A DNA stretch of 64,000 bases, taken from positions 1,178,001 to 1,242,000 of the forward strand of contig OZ374565.1 in the NCBI GenBank assembly GCA_977862235.1, read 5' to 3'. The position numbers and the translations under genes are program-made. The notes under the pieces are model-generated. The model was given only the letters and a program-made list of their open reading frames with translations. It did no database searches and was not told where the DNA came from. Every line of letters starts with the position of its first letter. Positions within the stretch are counted from its first letter, which is position 1. Positions 42,854-52,912 of the stretch are shown here, one piece after another. This DNA is from Dudresnaya verticillata (lineage: Eukaryota).

Positions 42854-43687
42854 ATGTCGACTTCTGCAACCACCGCCACCGCCGCCGCCGCGCAGCACCC
42901 GCCGCACCCGTCCCCGACGCACCCCGCGCTCTCCGACGCGTACCACGCGCTGCTGCGCGACCGGCTGCGCACGCCGGCAGACATCACGGCCGCGCTGTCG
43001 GACCAGCGTGCGCCGGTGTGGCGCGACATGCTCTCCCTGGTGGCCGCCGCGCCGGACGCGGCCGTGTCCGCGCTGCTGGACGACGTGTTCGCGGCGTTCC
43101 GCACGTCGTACCCGTCGCTGCCGCCCGCGGCCACGCCGCGCGCCTCCGCCAAGCGCGCGGCGCGCCTGCGCCGCAAGGCCGCGCAGAAGGCCGGGCAGAA
43201 CGAGCGCGCGGCCGTGTCGGACTGGGTGGCCGTGCGCGTGCGCGTGGCGCGCGCGGCGTTCGGCGCGGCGCAGCGCGACGTGCGCGCCGCGCTCGACGCC
43301 GACGCGTGCCTGGTGTGGGCCGACGTGCCGGGCGGCGCGGACGACGTCGTGCGCTTTGGCTACGCGTTCCGCCCCGGCGCCGCGGCAGTGCTCGAGGTGC
43401 AGGTGGCCGAGCCGTTTGCGGCCTGGGTGTTTCAGGCCAACTCGCGCGCCAAGCACGGCGGCGAGCCGGGCTGCGTCACGTTCAAGGAGAGCGCGCAGCT
43501 GTATGGCGCGCTCAAGGCGCTTGTGCTGGAGGGTCGCCTCGCCGAGGGGAAGGACGCGCTGCCGCAGCGCGGCGATGTTGTCAAGTACTATCAGGCTGCC
43601 CGAGGTGCGGCCGCCGATGCCCACCCGCTCGACATGGCCGAGCTGCACGCGTTTCAGAAGATTGTCGACGACCTGTTCCGCACGTAG
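42854..43687 (+). CDS. Hypothetical protein, 277 aa
   Basis: GCCATG start after a C-rich leader, strong GC3 bias and a globular-looking sequence. No family recognised. Confidence 0.75.
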   Translation: MSTSATTATAAAAQHPPHPSPTHPALSDAYHALLRDRLRTPADITAALSDQRAPVWRDMLSLVAAAPDAAVSALLDDVFAAFRTSYPSLPPAATPRASAKRAARLRRKAAQKAGQNERAAVSDWVAVRVRVARAAFGAAQRDVRAALDADACLVWADVPGGADDVVRFGYAFRPGAAAVLEVQVAEPFAAWVFQANSRAKHGGEPGCVTFKESAQLYGALKALVLEGRLAEGKDALPQRGDVVKYYQAARGAAADAHPLDMAELHAFQKIVDDLFRT

Positions 43688-43722
43688 CGCGTATGCTTGG
43701 CACCACCCTTTTGCCGTCTCCG

Positions 43723-43753
<31 letters not shown>

Positions 43754-44171
43754 GCTATTATCGAGATGAGATAAAAACGGCCGTGCAGAAGCCTGCTTTA
43801 TTGCTGTTGTACACACTGACTCTAACAAGAGAAAGACTGCTCTTCCACCCGCTGCATCCAACGCCAACGCGGCCACCCGTTGGCGTTGTGGTCCCGCTCC
43901 GCCGCAGTCAGAGTCATCCTCCAAGAGCGTGAGGCCCACGCATACGTCTGCGCGCTTGCGTACAGACAACGTCCTCTACCTTTTGCCTTTTCTTTCTTTA
44001 ACGACTTCTGCACCTACAACTGCACCGCTACTCTCTACCGTACTTACTCTTTCTCTCGCACTCTACCCGCACTCTCACCATTGCCTTCCCCCTCCAACCC
44101 ATGCCCCGCTACCGTGTCCCGTCCCACCGCCACCGCCACCACCACCCCCACCACCACCACCACGCGCGCGC

Positions 44172-45549
44172 CTACTTCCGCGGCGACGCCGCCTTCTTCG
44201 ACGAGCTCCCGCCGCCGCGCACGCCGAGCGCCGCCCCGCCGCGCGACTTGTTGTGCACCTGCTCATGCTTCTTCAGGTGCGCGCTCTGCTTGAACGACTG
44301 CCCGCACCCGGGGTACTGGCAGTGGAAATTCCGCACGTTGTCGTGCACCAGCCGCACGTGCCGCACCAGCCCGTCGCGGAACGCGAACACTTTGTGGCAT
44401 TGCTCGCACGCTGCGTGTGTCGTGCCCAGTCGGTTGGTCGCGTTTTGTTTTTCCGTTTTTGTCCGACCAAATACGCACAGGCGACGCGTGTTAGTGTGTG
44501 TGCCTTTGCAAGTCTCTCCCGTTCCACCACCGACGCCCCCCTCTTGCAACCGCTATAGTTCTCTCTCTCCGCGCTCCCGTCTTGCAGTACTTACCAGCGT
44601 TCTTCTGCCGTTCGTGCACGCTCTTGAAGCTGATGATTCATACCCACATACACGTCAAAGAAAAAGAAAACAAGAAAAAGCTCTCAGCAAAACCGTCAGA
44701 AACCCTTCACTCAACCTCGCACTACTACACAAAAAAGAAAGCGCCCCAACTATAACATACTGCTTCGTCGCGTTCGACCTCTCCCCAAACTTTTTGTCGC
44801 ACATACTGCATTCGTACGGCCTCAACAGCAAATGCACTGAGCTTATGTGCTTTGTTGCGTTGGGAGCAAGTAAAGCAAACAAACCGGTTTAGAATAGTCG
44901 CATAGGTTAGTACACAACAAGATTCGCATCTTCACAATGCCACTCGCGGCAGTACCAAGCCGGCAGTCACTCAGTCCAGGCATTCAACCCGCATTGCAAA
45001 ACTTGCCGCGCTCTTTGCTAACATGAGGACGCTGCAATTCAGTACCTTCTGTAAATCCGAGTTGGTGTAGAACCCAAACCCGCACGTGTCGCAGATAAAC
45101 TTGCGCTGCCTCTTCTTCCGAACACCTCTCTTCTCAGGTCCGGATGCTTGAGTCTCAGACGAAGAGAGTGGCCGATGCAGCAAAGTCTTATCCATAGCCG
45201 ACGGATATGTCACCGACGCCGTGCGCGGTTGGCGCTGCGGAGGAAGGTTTGAATACCCAGGCATAATAGAAAGCTGACGCTGCTCCTCCGGTCGCCGCTG
45301 TGTCCTCGACATTGCCGGGTAGCGTTCCCTTCTGGAAAGGTCATTGTTCGAAGAGATGCGCTGCTGCGCCCCGAGAAACGTTGTGTTTGCTTGAATCATC
45401 GGTGTCGCAACCTCTTCCTCATCATCGTTGAGGAGAAATGATAACCTTGTCTTTCTCGACTTGGCGGGCGGCGCGTACTCTCTCGGCTGCCTGGTAACCA
45501 TTCCGGGTACGTTGCGATGGGAGGACGATGGCGGCTCGGCGCAGGCCAT
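44172..45549 (-). CDS. C2H2 zinc finger protein, 4 fingers; 4 exons (45549-45046, 44849-44761, 44629-44595, 44410-44172), 288 aa
   Basis: Three GT-AG introns splice to give continuous fingers CDTC..DLQK/HISSVH, CSMC..NATKH/FKSVH, CEQC..RHVRLVH and CQYPGC..KHEQVH. Total 867 nt in frame. Confidence 0.85.
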
Positions 45550-47104
45550 GGGTGACAAGTAAGGATGGTCTGAAATACAAGACAAGCGAGACGGAATTAA
45601 GAGACATGAGCGTCAGAGCAGCGTCGCCGCCGTAGGGACAAGCTTTGGCACGCAGTCGGGCCGTTGCGAGAAGATTAAAGGTTTATTGAGCTGCTGACTA
45701 ACGTAGTGCGACATTTCCACCACCAAACAGGACGGGAATGGACTCTCTCTCCTGTTTTTGTTGATGAATGCAAGCAAACTAGTTGATGCCACTTCGGCTC
45801 CAAAGCAGTCGTAGGCTATGTGCTCATCCATGGAGACTGCGAGCTCAGCGTGTGCGAAGGAAGGACGTTTCCAGGTCATACGGATTCGGATGGCAGCGGG
45901 TTGACGTGGAAACATTATTGGCTCCAGGTGTGGGAAAACATGAACGCGGCAAACCTGCAGTAACCTGCAGCCGCAGAGGCGGGGGACTCTCTCGACGTGA
46001 TGCGATTTGTTTTGCTGTTGTGCGTGGCGCGGAATGGTGAGCGAGCGCGTCAAGTGATAGGGATCTGTTTGGCTGTGAGCAGTGTTGCTGCACGTGGTGC
46101 GGAGTGCGGTGGTGGAAGGGGAAGGGCAGGAAGGAATACCCCGAACGTGTCAGGAGCTGTCAGTGTCAGTATGACGGGCGCAGTTCCAAACGTGAAAGGC
46201 GTGATGGTGGTGCGTGCTGCGCGTAATACGCCACGCTTGGCGGAGAGCTCCACAACCACGTGTTGTCCCACAGGGCATCTCCGTGACGCCGGAGCGCGAG
46301 CAGTTGTACTGAAGCGCGGTACGATCCAACTCTTGTAAGGACCGTGACGGCTTTTCGTCTCCTTGAGGTGCGTCGGAATTTGGCGCTTCTGTCCCACGTC
46401 CACCGACACGCTACCCCTCGGGTACGTCCTAACATCCACAAGCATCCCCCCACTCCACGTACACAGAACAAGGTTTCCATACTGCCCCCTCACTCCCAAT
46501 GCGTCCGCAGTAGCCAGTACACAAGAAAGTCGGTGAAGAATCTAGAGCCACGGTACAGGGCACGACCGCCCGGGCCGGTATGGCTCTAAGGAAAGGGCTC
46601 CTCTACCGTCACTCACAAAAGCGCTTGCCGTTGTGAAAGGCGAGCCGAGTAGGACTCACATGTTAATGTCGCATAATCGCAGCGCCGAAAGCTAACGCTT
46701 AGTTCGCTTCTCTTGCTGTGAACCATCAGAAACACCAACAGCAAAACGACCATTGTTGCACACATGCATCTGAGACGCAATGCTTTTTCCGTGCGTCTTT
46801 CCCAGCTCGACAGGATGACGACCCTTCTTCGTTGTATCGCATTGCACGTTGCTAGCTTTCCCAGTATTCCTATCGCACAGAGCTAGAAACCGAGACACAC
46901 ACCCGGATCCCCACAACATATTCCAGGTTCTGTTGCTACAACACTGTATTATGGCGGCAGGAAGGCGATCCACTTACACGCCAAGGCTTTCTAAACAAGA
47001 TTCCCGCGTGCTCGAGAGGCTTGTTGGAGAGGAGCTGGCGACGTCCGAAACGGTTGTAGGGATTCTCGAGCTTAGAAAGTTAGAGTGTTAGTCAAAGCGG
47101 TGCT

Positions 47105-47327
47105 TGTTGAGACCTTGCACTGTGCACCGCCAGCCTGACCCGGGGAGGGGTCAGACAATGCGCAAGTGGCGACAGATATCCTTCTGTAAGGAGGAAATCT
47201 CGGGAGATTACCAAATATCAAATAGGGTTACTGTAGTCGGCGTGCGGTATACAGAAAAGGACCCTGGAGAAGTAAAACAAACCCCGGAGGAGAGGGGAGA
47301 GGATCGTAAGGATCGCTAACCTTTTCA
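47105..47327 (+). repeat. Possible Copia 5' LTR
   Basis: TGTTG...TTCA immediately followed by PBS-like TGGTAGCA and by gag. No partner LTR in the window. Confidence 0.3.
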
Positions 47328-48162
47328 TGGTAGCATCTCCGCAGTTAGCGAAACATCAGAGCCGTCGATCATATCTGGGGAACAAGATCCGGTCACTAAG
47401 CTTCCAAAGCTTACCGGTTCAACCGACTTCATCAACTGGCGTCGTCGAGTCTACGCTTTCATTCGCCGCAATGATATCGAGCTATTAGGATTTTCACCAG
47501 AACCTGAGACTGGTTCTTCAAGTGTGAGAAGGAAATGGCTAGAGCTTACAATCAACGCTAAAACAGCAATCATCTTAAATCTTGGACAAGGTCCTCTCGC
47601 ACAAGTGAGTACAATAGTGGACGATGACACAAGTTCTGCCAAGGATTTATGGGGCGCCCTCAACCACTTATATACTACATCCAACACACAAGTGGTCATT
47701 AATCTGCAGTCCGAACTTGATCAACTCCGTTACAAGGAACAACACGACTGGGAGAAGCATGTGAACAAGTTCAACGAAATACTTGGAAAACTGGCTTCTT
47801 ACGATTCACCGATTTCAGAGGAAGCCAAGCCTTTCAAGTTGATCAAGACCCTTCCACAATCTTTTGTTCCGCTGGCCATGTTTTCCGAGGCCAGTGAAAT
47901 TCCCTACAACAAACTTCTAGTTGTGGTGCCTGTTGAACTGTCTCGTCGACGGAACACGAAAAGTGCTAATGCTTCTACAACCCCTCAAGCAAAAGTTTCG
48001 AAATGGATCTCTAGACCTCAGGAACAATATCGGTGTTTCGAACAAGATCAAGAAAAAGAGCAAAAAAACGAAACATACTACTATTGCGGACGCCCAGGAC
48101 ACTATCATGCTTCTTGCTGTGGTATAGACAATGTGCGCAAAACGACTCCGTGGGCTACGTGA
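47320..48162 (+). pseudogene. gag: Ty1/Copia gag relic (truncated, no pol)
   Basis: LPKLTGSTDFINWRRRV, AKDLWGALNHLY, LIKTLPQSF, broken zinc knuckle YyyCgrpGHyhasC. No in-frame ATG near the start. Confidence 0.8.
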
Positions 48163-48297
48163 AAACAAACGAGAAATACGAATTTCAAAGTGACTCCGTG
48201 AACGCTGTGGCGCGCACACCACGATGGCAAACGTAGTACAGTACAGTGCGCATACTGTGCGCGCGCCACGATGGCACTCGCATTACAGCACACACGT

Positions 48298-48408
48298 GAT
48301 ACGAAATCGCTGACACCTCCGGACGAATTCAGACCAGACTTTGTGATCGCGCGCGCAACGATGAAATTAGCATTAAAGTGCGCACTCGATACGAAATCGC
48401 TGACACCT
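48298..48408. repeat. 21-bp direct repeat pair GATACGAAATCGCTGACACCT
   Basis: Exact copies at 48298-48318 and 48388-48408. Confidence 0.85.
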
Positions 48409-48537
48409 TCGTGATCTTCCCGCTGTTTCCTGCGCGTAACGACATCGAGGCTCACGACGTGTGTGCACCTCCGTATGCACAGCTGGCACATTTCGCAACC
48501 GCCACGATACGTGAGACGACTGTTCATTAACACCGAT

Positions 48538-50229
48538 TGTAGTGCCAGGGGGGGTCCCACATTTTCGCTTTCAAGCGGGTTGATATGCAGCGTCTACCGA
48601 CGGACGACCGCCAACGGCGCGCTCAACCCGCCCGCGGCGCAAACACGTCACCAACGCATGCCGCTGGCCACTCGGGCCAGAACGGCTCGCTTGGCGTGCA
48701 GACCGCACGCCTGAACCCGGGGCACTGTACGGCGCCACGCGTGCGCGCGTGGCGCAGTGGCAGGAACGATCGCTGTGAGCGTGGCCCGAATCCGGATCCA
48801 ATCGAGATCCCACATCGGGATCAGACATCGGAATTAGGGGTGTAAGGCACGCGCCTGTAAGCCTGGAGCATCCGCATGGCTGCCCCGAATCCGGACTGGA
48901 TCGGGATTGGTGCGGATCGAGATCGCACGCGCCATGGGGCGCATGCGGCTGTAAGAAAGTAATCCACGTGTAGGTGTAAGGACTCGAGCGGGGAAGCTAC
49001 GCGTGATGTCTCAGGAGCGTGGCTGCATGACGGACGGATCTGTCAGACGCGCCTCGGGGCAACACGTGTCCCGAGTTCCCGCGTTACGCGTACATCCGCG
49101 TCGCCCCCGCTAGGTAATCCTGTACTTAGTTGATCCGTCTCAGACGTCACAGTTGTGGTGCAACGCCAAGGGGCCTCCAAAACGGGCGCAACCGGCCGGG
49201 CCAAGTGGGACAGGCAGCCCAATCAGAAAGATACGTTTGGCCAACCGACGACAGTGCGGCCGAGCAGACGCCGGTGAACATGCGCAAGAGGCACACGTGT
49301 CCAAAAAGTGTACACGTGTGTCACACGTGGCCACCTATGACACCCAAGCGCACCACGTGGCTCGCTGTACACGTATGATTGGTGTGATCGGATCTGGAAG
49401 CAAGTGCGGAAAGGAAATTGGATTTGGCCGCAGGTGAAATCAAGCAGAAGACAGCAGAAAAATCAAGGGAAAATCTAACTCATTTGGCCAACCACTAACG
49501 AACAAGTACTTGGTTTAGACTGGTAAGGGTACAACATTGGCCCGACACCGGTACACAAGTAGATATTATGGCCGACGGGGAGTAACCTCGGCCACTAACT
49601 GTAGGATAGCCCTAGACTAGCTCTAGTGGCCGATTTTGGGCCTACTTAGATGGCCACAGACCATGGCTCGGCCAGAATAGGTACGAAGCCGTCCCGTCAG
49701 AGGTTGGGAGTAAAGTTTTGCAACTTTTTCCCAACTCGGCCATTTTCCACTGCTCATCCAGGTTTTTGGCCGCGACTTCGTCTGCGCGCTCCCGCTCTAC
49801 CACGCTTGCTACCGGTGCGCAGGTCCGTTCTACGTTCGGCCGTTTTGCTACGAAACCCGACCGATCTTCCTGGTCCTTTGGGGTCTCATTCGGGCGCCGC
49901 ATTCGGTGGTGCCCTTCGAGATACTACAACAGTAAACCCCGGCAAGCCGGCCTTGGTCCAGACTTCCCCGTTTAGGACGCGTGCACCCTACCGCTGCCTA
50001 CGACTAAGCGTCTACCTCCGTGCTTCCACGTCTCTACCCGTCCTTGACGTGTTCCCTTTCTGTTCTCTTTTGTTCTTCTTTTCCGCCTCGGGCGTTTACA
50101 GTCCGCCCAAGGCGAGTCAACCGCTCTACCACCAGTCGCCTACGGCGAGGCTACTCATCGCCGCAGGCGTCGCTACCCACCGAGCCCCGAACTGCTCGGC
50201 GGTGTTCCGTCACCGACGTTTGCACTACA
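48538..50229 (+). repeat. 5' LTR (interrupted by a 775-bp insertion)
   Basis: Aligns to 61628-62540 once 49154-49933 is removed. Confidence 0.95.
49154..49928. mobile_element. Solo LTR of a different family nested in the 5' LTR
   Basis: TGTGGT...ACTACA termini, 5-bp TSD ACAGT (49149-49153, 49929-49933), absent from the other two LTR copies. Confidence 0.88.
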
Positions 50230-50231
50230 AC

Positions 50232-50249
50232 TGGTCTCTCGACCTAGAA
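50232..50249 (+). other. Primer binding site TGGTCTCTCGACCTAGAA (predicted tRNA-Tyr)
   Basis: Starts 2 nt after the LTR with TGG. The complement gives A73, G72 and the conserved C61. Confidence 0.7.
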
Positions 50250-50452
50250 GTGTGCTACGTTTCAACGAGTTACTCCGTCGTGCGACGTCCGACCTTCCGT
50301 CTCTAGACGTTCGTCGCTAATCGTCCACGACGTTCAATCAACGCTACGATTGCATTATGGTCTCACGACCGCCGCCGTCGTGAGGCCCCAGTTCAAGAAG
50401 ACCGTCATCGACACCGGGGAGTGTCCCCGCGTCGGAGCAGTCGCTACAGCGG

Positions 50453-52912
50453 ATGACAACGAGGTCTGGGCGCCTCGTGAGCCCAGAGATCGCATCGGCC
50501 TTCCCGACTGGTCCGGGCCACGACCAATCCCACATATTGCTCAAAAGGGGAGAAGTACCTCCCCCGCCGGTACCCGTCGTTATTCGCACCACCGTTCCGA
50601 ACGAATCGGCCCTCCGAACTTACCACTCGCACGTGGATTCCGCTGACACGGTACAAGCCGAACAGCGACCCGTCGAGGACGGAGCCCAAGCCGACATCGT
50701 CGAGGAACAACCGGAAGTTCCGGTTCACCAACCAACCTTACCCGTCAACGACGACCAGGGACGCTTTGCGGGGCGCGACGTCGTAGACGAATCACCAATC
50801 CCAAGGGGCTGCTGCCCCTCACCCCACGGCAGTGCCGGATGTTCACCCGCCAGGCCGTTAGCGCAACCGCGCAGCACGGGAGGTCCGCCGCAGGCGTCGA
50901 CCCCCGCGCACACACCGCCAATGTCATTCCCAGCATCCGTCCGCGTTGGTAATCTCACGATACCTCGCGAGCGGATTCGGGAAGTATGCGCCGCCGAAGA
51001 CGATAACTTACTCGCTCAATTTGCGGGAATGCTCGACGACAATGTCGGAGGTATTTTCAGCCGTCTGCAGACGTTGGAAGAAGATCGGGACGGTGCCCTT
51101 CAAGGACTCCGTTCCGACCTCGACCGTCTAATGACGAACCCCAACCACGGGGTAGACGCCCCGCAGCCAGCACCATTGACGGTCCACTCTCAGTCGGAAT
51201 TGAGTTCACATCAACGCTTCCAGCGATTAGCAACCCGCTTGGAGCGACTGGAAACCGCCAAATGGCGCTAAGGGCCGCTGTCTGACGACGATAGTTCCGA
51301 TGAAGACCGTCGCCGACGCAAAGATCGTACGAAACGGGGCAAGAATCGTCGCAAGTCGCGTCATGGGCGGAAGAAGAACCGTCGCCGACGAGGGGACTCA
51401 TCCTCATCCTCTTCAGAATCGTCTAGCGACGATGGCTCAACCGACTCTTCGTCAGGCGACGACGCCCACGTGACTCACGGCAGTGCAATACGACCCCGCG
51501 GAAAGCGATACCAGGGACAGAAGGAGCTAAGTCCCTCCAACCCTCTCTTCGACCAGCTGCTATCGTACCGCACATATCGTCTCCAAGAAGTAGGACAGAA
51601 GCGCTCTGGACGCGAAACCGGGAAGGTCAAAGACCATATCAAGCGACTCGAGTTAACGATGAAGGACGCCGCTTTCAACGGCAGCGACCCCGTCATGGTC
51701 CTCGAATTCTTAACGCGGTTCGCGGATGAAGCGGACACGCTAGAGATGAGCGAAGCACAAGCGTTCGTCGCGCTGCCGTACTTCCTAAGGGGCACGGCAG
51801 CCACGCAATTCCGCTCCGTCAAATCGACGTCCTCTCGCCACCGCGGCGGCGTATCATCGTACCCGGAGGCGGTGCACTACCTACTCCGCACATACGCCAC
51901 GCCTTCGGCGATTCGAGACGCTTTCCTCGCCCTGCGATCGACTAGTCAGAAGCAGGGCGAAGACGAGACGACTTACGGCATGAGACTCGCCGGCGCATGT
52001 ATTCGTTGCGGTAACGTTTATCCCGAATGGGAAAAGATGACACTGTTCATCGATGGGTTAGACCCGACGATCAGGTCCTTAGTGGCCCGCTTCCGCGAAG
52101 AAACGCCGAGGGCGGAGTTATCTTTTGAACGTTTAGTCCACTTCGCCCAGGACGAAGGCGACGCGCAACGCGCAAGACACGGCAGGGCCGGCTCGACGTC
52201 AGTAAGATGGGATATATTGGCCCCGGCCCAAGCCGCTCGCGCATTGCGCCCCGCCATTGGCGACAACCGAACGGTTCTACGTCAACAGACGAAGGGCACG
52301 AAGCCTGCCGCACGCGCTATGATAGCGGTGTCCTCCGTTGAGTTCCGTGATGTCACCCGTCATGCGGACGATATGGAAACACACGCCGATGGCGATCTCT
52401 ATTTGGCCGATGAACAAGCATCAGTGCCAACGTCAGCGTTACCAACGGACAGCTACGTCGAAGACGGGGACACAGAAGCGATGGATCCTACGCTCGCCTT
52501 TGGGCGTTCCGTCGTGCCCGCGCCACGCGTCCCGTACTCGGAGTATGCCCCCCACGTCCATCGGGCGAGGCCAGGTTGGCAAGACAGGGGTCCACCCCGT
52601 CAAGACGCTCGCAGACAGTTGATCTGTCATCAGTGTTATGCCCGTGGCCACATCGCACCGGACTGCTTCCTCCGCATGAGCGAGTATATGAAGGCGATCG
52701 CCAACTACGAAGGCTTAACAGACGCCGAGAAGGCGGGGGTCCCCGCCGATGCGTACACTCGGTACAAGGAACGCGCTGCGCGCGAAGCAGCACGCCGTGC
52801 AGCACGACCACCGTCGCCACGAGGCGGACCTATGCCGCACGCAGCGGAACGTCATCCGACGGTGGTCAATCGCTACACAGCGCCGCTACAACCGCCGCAG
52901 GCGAAAAACTAA
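50453..52912 (+). pseudogene. gag: Gypsy gag, one in-frame TAA at 51269-51271
   Basis: ORFs 50453-51271 and 51470-52912 share a frame with coding-like sequence between them. Capsid-like FNGSDP..QKQGEDETTY..FIDGL and zinc knuckle CHQCYARGHIAPDC. Confidence 0.85.

Noticed and set aside
48298..48408. Direct repeats as a CRISPR-like array
   Set aside because: Only two copies, a 69-bp spacer, eukaryotic TE context and no cas genes.
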